Shown here: one piece after another, positions 1 to 8,427 of the stretch
Layout: each line of letters begins with the position of its first letter
How positions within the stretch are numbered: the stretch's first letter is position 1
From: Halalkalibacterium halodurans
GTDB lineage: Bacteria > Bacillota > Bacilli > Bacillales > Bacillaceae_D
Direction of reading: 5' to 3'
DNA length: 32,000 bases
NCBI RefSeq assembly: GCF_004376175.1
Contig: NZ_SNUY01000001.1
Coordinates: 32,373-64,372, forward strand
Made by a program: the position numbers and the translations under genes
Notes under the pieces: generated by a model
Database searches by the model: none
What the model saw: only the letters and a program-made list of their open reading frames with translations
What the model was told of the DNA's origin: nothing

Positions 1-1436
1 ATCTTCTCATCCGTTTTGAGTAGCTTATCGTTATAGCGAACGACCGTCACGTTATCCGTCATCCATTCACCGAGCTCTTTATGGAGAACGTACGCATTTT
101 CTTTTCCATCCATTTTCAAGATGTCATCGAATTTTTCTTGTTCTTTCTTCAGTTCACCTTCAAATAAAGACGAAGGCATGGATTCTGCAGACTTTTCAAG
201 ACCGTTCATATACTCAACTGCTTTAGGTCCAGCCACCATTCCACCAAAAATCGCTGATAAGAGAGAGTTTGCTCCGAGACGGTTGGCCCCATGCTGCGAA
301 TAGTCGCACTCTCCTGCAGCAAACAAGCCTGGAATGTTTGTCATTTGATCGTAATCGATCCACATGCCGCCCATTGAGTAATGAACCGCTGGGAAAATTT
401 TCATAGGTACTTTACGTGGGTCATCTCCCATGAACTTCTCATAAATTTCAATGATTCCACCAAGCTTAATATCGAGCTCTTTCGGGTCTTTATGAGAAAG
501 ATCCAGGTATACCATGTTTTCACCATTAATTCCGAGCTTTAAGTCGACACAAACGTGGAAGATTTCCCGTGTGGCGATATCACGAGGTACAAGATTTCCG
601 TATGCCGGGTATTTTTCTTCGAGGAAATACCACGGTTTCCCGTCCTTGTATGTCCACACACGACCACCTTCCCCGCGAGCAGATTCACTCATGAGGCGGA
701 GTTTATCATCCCCAGGAATCGCTGTCGGGTGAATTTGGATAAATTCCCCGTTTGCATAATATACACCTTGCTCATAAAGCTTAGCTGCTGCATACCCCGT
801 ATTGATAACAGAGTTCGTAGATTTTCCGAAGATGATTCCAGGACCACCTGTTGCCATAATCACAGCGTCAGCTGAAAAACTCTGGAACTCAGATGTTTTC
901 AAGTTTTGCGCTGTGATGCCTCGACAGATTCCTTCATCATCGATAATAGCTGAAGTAAACTCCCAGCCCTCATACTTTGTTACGAGGCCAGATGTTTCAT
1001 GGCGACGTACTTGCTCATCTAATGCATATAACAACTGCTGACCAGTTGTTGCTCCCGCAAATGCGGTACGGTGATGTTGAGTCCCACCAAACCGGCGGAA
1101 ATCAAGCAAACCTTCCGCTGTTCGGTTAAACATGACGCCCATACGGTCCATTAAGTGAATGATTCCAGGCGCCGCATCACACATGGCTTTAACTGGTGGT
1201 TGGTTCGCTAAGAAATCTCCACCATATACAGTATCGTCAAAATGCTCCCACGGAGAGTCCCCTTCCCCTTTCGTGTTGACAGCACCATTTATCCCGCCTT
1301 GAGCACAGACAGAGTGAGACCGTTTAACAGGAACGAGAGAAAAAAGCTCCACCGGGACGCCTGCCTCTGCTACCTTAATAGTTGCCATAAGACCTGCAAG
1401 GCCTCCACCGACAACGATGACTTTTCCTTTACTCAT
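1..1436 (-). CDS. sdhA: Succinate dehydrogenase flavoprotein subunit; the C-terminal end runs off the left edge of the window
   Basis: The minus-strand frame is open from the window edge to the ATG at 1434-1436. The N-terminus MSKGKVIVVGGGLAGLMAT is a GxGxxG FAD-binding fold, and an internal ...ANGEFIQIHPTAIPGDD... segment is typical of SdhA/FrdA. It lies directly downstream of sdhC. Confidence 0.95.
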   Translation of the reverse strand, partial: MSKGKVIVVGGGLAGLMATIKVAEAGVPVELFSLVPVKRSHSVCAQGGINGAVNTKGEGDSPWEHFDDTVYGGDFLANQPPVKAMCDAAPGIIHLMDRMGVMFNRTAEGLLDFRRFGGTQHHRTAFAGATTGQQLLYALDEQVRRHETSGLVTKYEGWEFTSAIIDDEGICRGITAQNLKTSEFQSFSADAVIMATGGPGIIFGKSTNSVINTGYAAAKLYEQGVYYANGEFIQIHPTAIPGDDKLRLMSESARGEGGRVWTYKDGKPWYFLEEKYPAYGNLVPRDIATREIFHVCVDLKLGINGENMVYLDLSHKDPKELDIKLGGIIEIYEKFMGDDPRKVPMKIFPAVHYSMGGMWIDYDQMTNIPGLFAAGECDYSQHGANRLGANSLLSAIFGGMVAGPKAVEYMNGLEKSAESMPSSLFEGELKKEQEKFDDILKMDGKENAYVLHKELGEWMTDNVTVVRYNDKLLKTDEK

Positions 1437-1449
1437 ATCGACTCACTCC

Positions 1450-2079
1450 TTAAATGTTTGCTAAGTCCGGGTTAATAAACGCCAAGATTGCACGGATTCC
1501 GACAAATGTTAGCGCGAAGAAGATGGCGACAGTTACGTATGTCATGATTTGCTGTGAACGTGGTGATACGGTAATTCCCCAAGAGACGAAGAACGACCAT
1601 AGACCGTTAGCAAAGTGGAATGTCGCTGATACAACACCTAAGATATAAAATACAAGCATAAATGGATTGCTTAAAATGTCGGCCATCATATCATAGTTAA
1701 CTTCTGCACCGAACGCTGCTTGGATTCGAGTCTCCCAAACGTGCCATGCGATAAAAATCAACAAAAAGACACCGGAGATACGTTGCAGCAAGAACATCCA
1801 GTTTCTAAAGTAGCCATAGTGGCTTGTATTATTTTTCGCTTGGAATGCTATATAAAGGCCATAAATAGCATGGTAAAGAATTGGAATGAAAATGATGAAG
1901 ATTTCAAGCGCATAGCGGAACGGTAAAGATTCCATGAAGTGCGCTGCTTGGTTAAATGCACTTGCCCCTGCTGTAGCAAAGTGGTTGACGACGAAGTGTT
2001 GAATTAGAAAGATTCCAATAGGAATGACCCCTAGTAAGGAATGCAGTCTTCGATTGAAAAACTCACGATTTTCGGCCAT
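1450..2079 (-). CDS. sdhC: Succinate dehydrogenase cytochrome b558 subunit
   Basis: MAENREFFNRRLHSLLGVIPIGIFLIQH... is collinear with B. subtilis SdhC as I recall it. I chose the ATG at 2077-2079, which is preceded by GGGGGGAAA. The ORF-track start at 2121 adds 14 aa with no RBS. Confidence 0.9.
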   Translation of the reverse strand: MAENREFFNRRLHSLLGVIPIGIFLIQHFVVNHFATAGASAFNQAAHFMESLPFRYALEIFIIFIPILYHAIYGLYIAFQAKNNTSHYGYFRNWMFLLQRISGVFLLIFIAWHVWETRIQAAFGAEVNYDMMADILSNPFMLVFYILGVVSATFHFANGLWSFFVSWGITVSPRSQQIMTYVTVAIFFALTFVGIRAILAFINPDLANI

Positions 2080-2267
2080 ACCGATTTCCCCCCACTGTTT
2101 TTGTTGACCCTGAATTTTCACTCTGAACCACTACAAACGAACTCCCATCCTCTCTGTATTTCTCGTATCGCACCAAACCTCCTAAGCATGTCCACTTTCA
2201 TTCATTAAAACAGCACCATTTTTGTGACACGTTTTAGAAACTTTCTTGAAAAATTTCCGACAAAATT

Positions 2268-2296
2268 ATTGTACTCCCAACGAAAAGCCGCGTCAA
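2268..2296 (-). promoter_or_regulatory. Candidate sigmaA promoter of sdhCA(B): TTGACG, 17 nt spacer, TACAAT
   Basis: On the minus strand the -35 TTGACG is at 2291-2296 and the -10 TACAAT at 2268-2273, with an exact 17 nt spacer. It sits about 190 nt upstream of the sdhC start. Confidence 0.5.
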
Positions 2297-2387
2297 GAAA
2301 ACGTATACAGACTGAATATTATCAATCCTCTGCACTTTCCTTTATTTTCGCGGCTTTTGTCCCTTAATATTAAGAAAACCAATCGGA

Positions 2388-3737
2388 TTACCCAATAATA
2401 ATTCGTTCCGTAGGATATTTATAGTAGCTTTTTGTTTCTTTTCGGCGAACCGAGAATAAGAAAGCAATGAGCCCTACTCGCCCAATGAACATGAGCACCA
2501 TTAAAATAAACTGACTCGGTAGCGACAACTCATCTGTAATCCCCATTGAGAGCCCGCACGTTCCGAAAGCTGAGGCTGTTTCGAAAATAATCGCGATTAA
2601 CGGAATCGCACTCCCTCTTTCAAAGGCTGAAATCATAATGACTGCAGCAAATAAGAGCACTAGAAAAACCGAGATAACGATGAACGATTTTTGTTGATCC
2701 TCTGGATGAATTTCACGACCAAACACTTTGACATCCTGCTTACCTAAAGCAAAGCTCCGGATCGTCAAAAACATGACAGCAAGTGTCGTCGTCCGAATCC
2801 CTCCGCCCACGCTGGATGGACTAGCGCCAATGATCATCAACCCTGATATGAAGAGCAAGGTCGCCAAGCTTAAGTCAGAAATGTCCATAATCGTCAAGCC
2901 ACCGCTACGAGACGTAGCCGAATTAAACACAGCCGTAAATAACTGCTGATGCCACTCAAGTCCTACGAAATAGTGATTTTTTTCTAAGGCCCAAATACCG
3001 ATGACTCCAAAAATAAAAACGGCAAAAAAGGTCGTCGTGGTGATTTTGGTAAATAGGCTGAACGTAAAGTTCGGGTTCTCCTTTGAAAAGTAAGCGCGCA
3101 CCTCAAGGAGAACAGGAAACCCGATAGCTCCTGCAAAGATAAGCAAAATCGCTACGAGTTGAACGTAATAATCATCCGCAAATGGGATAAGCGACTCTCC
3201 TGTTATATCAAACCCGGCATTGGTGAACGCACTCAAGGCGGCAAACGCTCCTTGATAATAAGCTTCTCCAACCGTATCGAAATAGCGAATATAATATGTA
3301 CCAAGAATGAGCGCACCAATGAATTCAATGGATAACGCGACAAGAAGAATGCCTCGCATTAAATTGACTAACCCTGAAAACTGATTTTGGTTTTGGTCAA
3401 CCATGATGAGCATTCGTTGAGAAAGGATGATTTTTTTTCCAAATAACATCCAGACAAAGGTTCCAAGCGTCATAATTCCAATTCCGCCGAGTTGAATCGC
3501 AAGTGCCAAAAACAAGATCCCAATGTAGCTATAGGTTTCTGAAACATTCACGACCGTAAGACCCGTAACACTCACGGCACTAACCGATGTAAATAGCGCT
3601 TCCGAAAACGTAAGATTGACCCCTGGTTGTTGTGAAATAGGCAAAAATAAAAGCACACTAAATAAAAACATCGCAATGATGTATGAGACCATAATCATTC
3701 GAAATGGGGTCATAAATTGATTCAATGCTGATTTCAT
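2388..3737 (-). CDS. Ktr/TrkH-family potassium uptake membrane subunit (KtrB/KtrD-like)
   Basis: A 449 aa polytopic membrane protein with repeated pore-loop-like segments (SAVSVTGLTV, TNAGFDI, SRSGGLT, SAFGTCGLSMG) characteristic of TrkH/KtrB. I chose the ATG at 3735-3737 because GGAGGG lies 7 nt upstream. The track start at 3758 has no RBS. Confidence 0.85.
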   Translation of the reverse strand: MKSALNQFMTPFRMIMVSYIIAMFLFSVLLFLPISQQPGVNLTFSEALFTSVSAVSVTGLTVVNVSETYSYIGILFLALAIQLGGIGIMTLGTFVWMLFGKKIILSQRMLIMVDQNQNQFSGLVNLMRGILLVALSIEFIGALILGTYYIRYFDTVGEAYYQGAFAALSAFTNAGFDITGESLIPFADDYYVQLVAILLIFAGAIGFPVLLEVRAYFSKENPNFTFSLFTKITTTTFFAVFIFGVIGIWALEKNHYFVGLEWHQQLFTAVFNSATSRSGGLTIMDISDLSLATLLFISGLMIIGASPSSVGGGIRTTTLAVMFLTIRSFALGKQDVKVFGREIHPEDQQKSFIVISVFLVLLFAAVIMISAFERGSAIPLIAIIFETASAFGTCGLSMGITDELSLPSQFILMVLMFIGRVGLIAFLFSVRRKETKSYYKYPTERIIIG

Positions 3738-3852
3738 AAAAAATCCCTCCGCGACCACTCGCGCTTAAGTATATCATGTCCAGGATAGACGATCTATAGA
3801 GAATGGCAACAAAGTAGTTTATAATATAAGGAGCAGAAGAGAGGGATTAGTT

Positions 3853-4269
3853 ATGAGTACAAAAGAACAAGAAACAACCATGGAAACTGTACAATTATTT
3901 GGTTACGATCTACTTCGTAACGATGTTTTGCGCGAGATCCTCGGTTCGGAGCACGATGCCATATTGTATTGGGTTGGCAAATCATTAGCTCGCAAGCATC
4001 CGATTGAAACAATGGAAGAAACGTTTGCTTTTTTTGAGAAAGCCAATTGGGGTCAATTGTCAATCCTGAAACAAAAGCGGCAAGAATACACGTTTGAACT
4101 CCAAGGCCCGTGGATGACAAAATCAGATCAGCGCTGCTATCAGCTAGAAGCCGGGTTCCTCGCCCAACTCGTTCAAAACTGGTCGGAAACGATCGCTGAG
4201 GCTACATATGTCCGAAAAAGAGGCTCTGTTTTAATCGACGTTCATACAGACAAAGGAGACAGCGTTTGA
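3853..4269 (+). CDS. yslB: YslB-like protein (DUF2507 family)
   Basis: 138 aa, with LFGYDLLRNDVLREILG...ILYWVGKSLARK resembling B. subtilis YslB. Its position between sdhC and lysC is conserved. Confidence 0.8.
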   Translation: MSTKEQETTMETVQLFGYDLLRNDVLREILGSEHDAILYWVGKSLARKHPIETMEETFAFFEKANWGQLSILKQKRQEYTFELQGPWMTKSDQRCYQLEAGFLAQLVQNWSETIAEATYVRKRGSVLIDVHTDKGDSV

Positions 4270-4297
4270 TTTTTTTCAGTACCGTTCAAACATAATA

Positions 4298-4337
4298 GGG
4301 TGACTCACATTCATGTGGTCACCCTTTGGTTGTTTTT
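4298..4337. terminator. Bidirectional intrinsic terminator between convergent yslB and lysC
   Basis: Stem GGGTGAC (4298-4304) pairs with GTCACCC (4318-4324), followed by TTTGGTTGTTTTTTT on the plus strand. Confidence 0.7.
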
Positions 4338-4841
4338 TTAAACTTCAACAGCAACAGCAGGCTCCTCTTCATGAAGCTTAAATTGCTCATGGAGCATTTC
4401 AACCGCCAACACCATTAACTCCTCATCAATAACAGCAGACACTTTTATTTCCGATGTACTTACCATTTTGATCGCGATGTCATTGGCTGCAAGAATTTCG
4501 AACATTTTTGCTGCTACTCCTGGATTGGATACCATCCCAGAGCCGACAATTGACACCTTTGCCAACTCTTCTTCATAATCGATGCCTTGAAACGACAGTT
4601 CCCCTTTTAATTCTTCTAGGCGAGCGAGTGTTTCTTTTAATGAGCTTTGCGTAATCGAGAAGGAAATCGCCATTCCTGAATCTGTTTGATTTTGGATAAT
4701 GATATCTACATTAATCCCCGCAGCCGACAAATGGGCGAATAGGGTCGGGAGTGTGTGGATTTCATTTGGTAACCCGTGCACCGTTACTTTTGTCACATCA
4801 TTTTCAAAGGCAATGCCGCGTACTAGTAAATTTTGTTCCAT
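4338..4841 (-). CDS. lysC: Nested in-frame aspartokinase II beta subunit, from an internal start at Met246
   Basis: The in-frame ATG at 4839-4841 is codon 246 and is preceded by GAGGAGGAAGG 5 nt upstream (minus strand ...GAGGAGGAAGGAACAATGGAACAAAAT). B. subtilis lysC is known to yield alpha and beta subunits from overlapping in-phase frames. Confidence 0.6.
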   Translation of the reverse strand: MEQNLLVRGIAFENDVTKVTVHGLPNEIHTLPTLFAHLSAAGINVDIIIQNQTDSGMAISFSITQSSLKETLARLEELKGELSFQGIDYEEELAKVSIVGSGMVSNPGVAAKMFEILAANDIAIKMVSTSEIKVSAVIDEELMVLAVEMLHEQFKLHEEEPAVAVEV

Positions 4842-5576
4842 TGTTCCTTCCTCCTCTATCATTGTTCCTGGCTCATCTACCATGCTCGAGGCGACAAGTA
4901 ACGGAATCTCATAATTTTTTGCAAATTCAACCGCTCGTGGATGAAGGACACTTGCCCCTAGGTTCGCCATTTCAAGCATCTCATCATATGAAATCGTTTG
5001 AAGCTTGCGCGCTTGTTTCACGACCCGAGGGTCTGTTGTAAATACACCTGTCACATCTGTATAAATTTCGCATCGTTCGGCCTTGAGAGCTGCGGCAATC
5101 GCGACTGCCGACGTATCTGATCCGCCTCTGCCGAGGGTCATGATCTCTCCTTGTTGATCGATTCCTTGAAAACCTGCGACGATCACAACGTGGCCTTTAT
5201 CTAGTAATTCATCCATCCGCGCTCTCTCCACTTCCAAAATCCGAGCGTTCCCATGGTGTGATTCTGTGATCATCCCAGCTTGCCAGCCCGTAAGCGATGT
5301 CGCTTCCTGTCCCCGTTTATGTAGGGCCATCGCCAAAAGCGCAATCGTCACTTGCTCTCCTGTTGCTAGGAGCATATCCATTTCACGCTTTCGCGGTTCG
5401 TCGGTAATTTCGCTCGCTAATCCAACTAACTCATCTGTCGTCTTTCCCATTGCTGATACGACAACAACGACTTTCTTTCCTGAAGCAGCCGTTGCGATGA
5501 TCCGGTTCGCTACATGTTCAATTCGTTGAACGGAGCCAACAGACGTGCCTCCATACTTCTGTACAATGATTGACAT
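4338..5576 (-). CDS. lysC: Aspartokinase II, alpha subunit reading frame
   Basis: MSIIVQKYGGTSVGS... is the amino-acid kinase N-terminus, and ACT-type domains follow at the C-terminus. The ATG is at 5574-5576. The 50 aa upstream extension in the ORF track runs through the riboswitch leader and is rejected. Confidence 0.95.
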   Translation of the reverse strand: MSIIVQKYGGTSVGSVQRIEHVANRIIATAASGKKVVVVVSAMGKTTDELVGLASEITDEPRKREMDMLLATGEQVTIALLAMALHKRGQEATSLTGWQAGMITESHHGNARILEVERARMDELLDKGHVVIVAGFQGIDQQGEIMTLGRGGSDTSAVAIAAALKAERCEIYTDVTGVFTTDPRVVKQARKLQTISYDEMLEMANLGASVLHPRAVEFAKNYEIPLLVASSMVDEPGTMIEEEGTMEQNLLVRGIAFENDVTKVTVHGLPNEIHTLPTLFAHLSAAGINVDIIIQNQTDSGMAISFSITQSSLKETLARLEELKGELSFQGIDYEEELAKVSIVGSGMVSNPGVAAKMFEILAANDIAIKMVSTSEIKVSAVIDEELMVLAVEMLHEQFKLHEEEPAVAVEV

Positions 5577-5599
5577 AGGTTTCCCCTTTCTGTTCTTCG

Positions 5600-5895
5600 C
5601 TTGGAAATCGCGCATAAAGAAAACAAAAACGCAACAGCAGGAAAACTCCTCACCATTGCGTACTGTACACGAAAATAAAAACGTGCGCACATTCCCGTAG
5701 CTACGTGAGATAGTCCTCCACAGCACTAGTTGGGGCTAGTGTTGTGACAGCCCTATGCTTATTCAACATAGGTCCAGCGCAAATGGGAATGAGACCCGAT
5801 CTGCACTTCGGCGAATCCCCCTTTCCAACAGTCGTCAACGATTCTCATTTCTCTCAAACTGTGTACTCTTGGTTTTCGCTCCTCTACCATCACTT
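5600..5895 (-). ncRNA. Lysine riboswitch (L box) leader of lysC
   Basis: The minus strand reads GGTAGAGGAGCGAAAACCAAGAGTA...GAAAGGGGGATTCGCCGAAGTG...GCGCTGGACC...TTGAATAAGCATAGGGCTGTCACA...GTGGAGGACTATCTCAC. All the conserved L-box blocks are present, collinear with the B. subtilis lysC leader. A U-rich tract (GCGTTTTTGTTTTC) lies before the RBS. Confidence 0.9.
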
Positions 5896-5927
5896 CAAAT
5901 TGAAGCGCGGTTATTCAATTGGTTAAT

Positions 5928-5956
5928 ATCTTATCAGATGACTGGAAATCTGACAA
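5928..5956 (-). promoter_or_regulatory. sigmaA promoter of the lysC leader: TTGTCA, 17 nt spacer, TAAGAT
   Basis: The -35 is at 5951-5956 and the -10 at 5928-5933 on the minus strand, with a 17 nt spacer. It lies about 35 nt upstream of the first L-box helix. Confidence 0.55.
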
Positions 5957-5965
5957 GAACTTTTT

Positions 5966-7741
5966 TTACTTAGTTTGAAGTTTGTTGTATAACGTCTCTG
6001 CTACTGACTTTGGAATGCTAAGGGCTAAAAAGTCGTCGATACTAGCTTCCTTCATTTTTTTCACTGACCCGAAATGTTTAAGAAGTTGGCGTTTCCGCTT
6101 TTCTCCGATCCCAGGGACATCGTCAAGCACCGATTGGAAAAACGTTTTCGACCGTGTTTGCCTATGGAACGTGAGGGCAAATCGATGAACTTCGTCCTGA
6201 ATTCGTTGCAACAAGTAGAATTCGTGACTATCCCGCTTCAGTGAAACGACTTGCGGCGGATCACCTAGTAGCAACTGGGATGTGCGATGCTTTTCATCTT
6301 TTGCAAGCCCACAGACTGGAATGCTCAGGCCTAACTCATCGTGCAAAATTTCTTGTGCTGCAGCAATTTGCCCTTTGCCCCCATCAATAACAATTAAGTC
6401 AGGCAGCGGTCGTTGCTCCTTTAATAGACGAACGTAACGGCGTCGCACCACTTCCCGCATCGATTCATAATCGTCAGGCCCTGTTACCGTCTTGATTTTA
6501 TACTTGCGGTATTCTTTCTTATTCGGTTTTCCGTCAATAAAAGCCACCATCGCAGAAACCGGGTCCGTTCCTTGAATATTTGAGTTATCAAACGCTTCGA
6601 TTCTGTACGGCGTCGGAATGCCCATCGCCTCGCCGAGCTGTTCGACTGCTTTGATCGTCCGCTCTTCATTTCGCTCGATTAAGGCAAATTTTTCTTTCAA
6701 GGCCATCGTCGCGTTTCGCATCGCCACATCGACAAGTTCTTTTTTCTTTCCCCTCTTCGGAATGTGAACCGATACATCTAATAGTTGTTCTACGAGGGCT
6801 GCATCCGTCCCAGCAGGTAAAAGCACTTCCCCTGGCTTAATATGATCCTTTTGCAAATAAAACTGCCCAATGAAGGTGAGAAAGTCTTCCTCTGCTTCCT
6901 TATAAAACGGAAAGATCGATACGTCCCGTTCAATCAGCTTCCCTTGTCTAACGAAAAAGACTTGTACACACATCCAGCCTTTATCGTATGCGTAGCCAAA
7001 CACATCACGGTCCACACGATCATTCACCATCATCGTTTGTTTTTCCATAACGGCTTCCATATAGCCTAGCGTGTCACGCAATTCCTTTGCCCGTTCAAAG
7101 TTCAACTCTTCGGCAGCCTTGTGCATTTTTTTCTCGAGCTCTACTTTCACTTCCTTGTGACCATACTTGAGAAAACGAGTAATTTCTTGTACCATTTGTT
7201 CATTTTGCTCAGGTGTGACTTCATATACACAAGGAGCTAGGCACTGACCAATGTGGTAATACAAACAAACTTTATCTGGCAATGTCCGGCATTTGCGCAG
7301 CGGGTACAATCGATCGAGCAATTTTTTCGTCTCATTCGCTGCCCCCGCATTCGGATATGGACCGAAATACTTCCCACCATCTTTTTTCAGTTTTCTTGTC
7401 GTGACTAGGCGCGGATGCTCCTCATTCGTCAATTTTAAATAAGGGTACGATTTATCGTCTTTTAACATGACGTTATATTTCGGGTCATGTTTTTTAATCA
7501 AGTTCATCTCCAAAATTAACGCCTCGATGTTCGACGATGTGACGATGTATTCAAAGTCGGCAATTTCTCCGACGAGGCGTTGGGTTTTCGCATCATGACT
7601 TCCAGTAAAGTAAGAACGAACGCGATTTTTTAGCACCTTCGCCTTTCCGACATAGATGATCGTGCCTTGACGATCCTTCATTAAATAACAGCCTGGCTGA
7701 TCTGGCAAGACGGTGAGTTTTTGTTTAATATGATCTTTCAT
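5966..7741 (-). CDS. uvrC: Excinuclease ABC subunit C
   Basis: 591 aa. It has the GIY-YIG N-terminus ([30 protein letters not shown]) and a C-terminal (HhH)2 motif ([18 protein letters not shown]). The RBS AAGGGAGAGGTGG lies 7 nt upstream. Confidence 0.97.
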   Translation of the reverse strand: MKDHIKQKLTVLPDQPGCYLMKDRQGTIIYVGKAKVLKNRVRSYFTGSHDAKTQRLVGEIADFEYIVTSSNIEALILEMNLIKKHDPKYNVMLKDDKSYPYLKLTNEEHPRLVTTRKLKKDGGKYFGPYPNAGAANETKKLLDRLYPLRKCRTLPDKVCLYYHIGQCLAPCVYEVTPEQNEQMVQEITRFLKYGHKEVKVELEKKMHKAAEELNFERAKELRDTLGYMEAVMEKQTMMVNDRVDRDVFGYAYDKGWMCVQVFFVRQGKLIERDVSIFPFYKEAEEDFLTFIGQFYLQKDHIKPGEVLLPAGTDAALVEQLLDVSVHIPKRGKKKELVDVAMRNATMALKEKFALIERNEERTIKAVEQLGEAMGIPTPYRIEAFDNSNIQGTDPVSAMVAFIDGKPNKKEYRKYKIKTVTGPDDYESMREVVRRRYVRLLKEQRPLPDLIVIDGGKGQIAAAQEILHDELGLSIPVCGLAKDEKHRTSQLLLGDPPQVVSLKRDSHEFYLLQRIQDEVHRFALTFHRQTRSKTFFQSVLDDVPGIGEKRKRQLLKHFGSVKKMKEASIDDFLALSIPKSVAETLYNKLQTK

Positions 7742-7822
7742 TTAAGCGCCACCTCTCCCTTTATTGTTGGGGAGAATGAGTATTTTTTCAAGTAAACAGG
7801 GTTCCCTTCCTATAGGAACATG

Positions 7823-7860
7823 AAAAAACATCTGTCCCTATGCTGAGAGACAGATGTTTT
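7823..7860 (-). terminator. Intrinsic terminator of trxA
   Basis: CATCTGTC (7829-7836) pairs with GACAGATG (7849-7856). On the minus strand the hairpin is followed by TTTTTT. Confidence 0.8.
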
Positions 7861-7864
7861 TGAA

Positions 7865-8179
7865 TTAAAGATGTTTGTTCAAAAGCTCAGCTAATGCGTC
7901 CTTCGGTTGGAAGCCAGTCACTTGATCCACGACTTGACCGTCTTTGAAAACGATCAACGTTGGGATACTCATTACATTGAATTTGCTTGCTGTTTCTTGA
8001 TTTTCATCTACATCCAATTTTGCAATCTTAACTTTATCGCCCATTTCCCCATCAAGTTCTTCTAGAACTGGAGCAATCATTTTACAAGGGCCGCACCACG
8101 GTGCCCAGAAGTCTGCAAGAACAAGACCTTCGCTTGTTTCTTGAGCAAACGTTTGATCAGTAACATTTACAATTGCCAT
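7865..8179 (-). CDS. trxA: Thioredoxin
   Basis: 104 aa with the WCGPC active site. The RBS GAGGAGG lies 7 nt upstream. Confidence 0.97.
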   Translation of the reverse strand: MAIVNVTDQTFAQETSEGLVLADFWAPWCGPCKMIAPVLEELDGEMGDKVKIAKLDVDENQETASKFNVMSIPTLIVFKDGQVVDQVTGFQPKDALAELLNKHL

Positions 8180-8223
8180 TCGATAACCTCCTCAAAGTTG
8201 TTCAACTTTCCTTCACAATTTGC

Positions 8224-8232
8224 ATTATACCA
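8224..8232 (-). promoter_or_regulatory. Extended -10 sigmaA promoter of trxA (TGgTATAAT)
   Basis: The minus strand reads GGTGGTATAATGC, about 45 nt upstream of the trxA ATG. The -35 is weak (TTCGCA-like). Confidence 0.5.
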
Positions 8233-8291
8233 CCGCAGAAGATCACTTGCGAACAGTTTGCTTACGGCATGACGGCAAATTCTTATTTAAC

Positions 8292-8317
8292 ATATCCGTT
8301 GAACGTGTGTTTCAAAC
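8292..8317 (-). promoter_or_regulatory. sigmaB-type promoter upstream of trxA: GTTTGA, 14 nt spacer, GGATAT
   Basis: On the minus strand GTTTGA is at 8312-8317 and GGATAT at 8292-8297, with a 14 nt spacer. The consensus is GTTTAA N12-14 GGGTAT. B. subtilis trxA is known to have both sigmaA and sigmaB promoters. Confidence 0.45.
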
Positions 8318-8394
8318 ATTTTACCGAAATTGTTATATGTTTTCAAGAAGTTTGCACTTCAGCCAGAGCTTGAGTCTTTTTTCGGGTACAAGAA

Positions 8395-8422
8395 GAGAGA
8401 GCTGCCGAATGACAGCTCTCCA
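8395..8422 (-). terminator. Terminator at the end of the lcfA-fadR-fadB-etfBA unit
   Basis: GAGAGCTG (8397-8404) pairs with CAGCTCTC (8413-8420), immediately downstream of the etfA stop. The following U tract is modest (TCTTCTTGT). Confidence 0.55.
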
Positions 8423-8427
8423 TAGCC

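Noticed and set aside
121-1475. Several plus-strand ORFs of 60-106 aa (121-303, 514-732, 555-875, 802-1041, 1242-1475).
   Set aside because: All are antisense to the clearly homologous sdhA frame. They have low-complexity or odd composition and no RBS, so I treat them as shadow ORFs.
3738-3852. A possible c-di-AMP (ydaO/kimA-type) riboswitch upstream of the Ktr transporter gene.
   Set aside because: The divergent spacer is only about 115 nt, and none of the conserved riboswitch motifs are visible.
5577-5726. The 50-aa N-terminal extension of lysC in the ORF track, and the 5510-5692 minus ORF.
   Set aside because: The extension runs through the L-box expression platform. The canonical MSIIVQKYGGTS start at 5576 fits the aspartokinase family.
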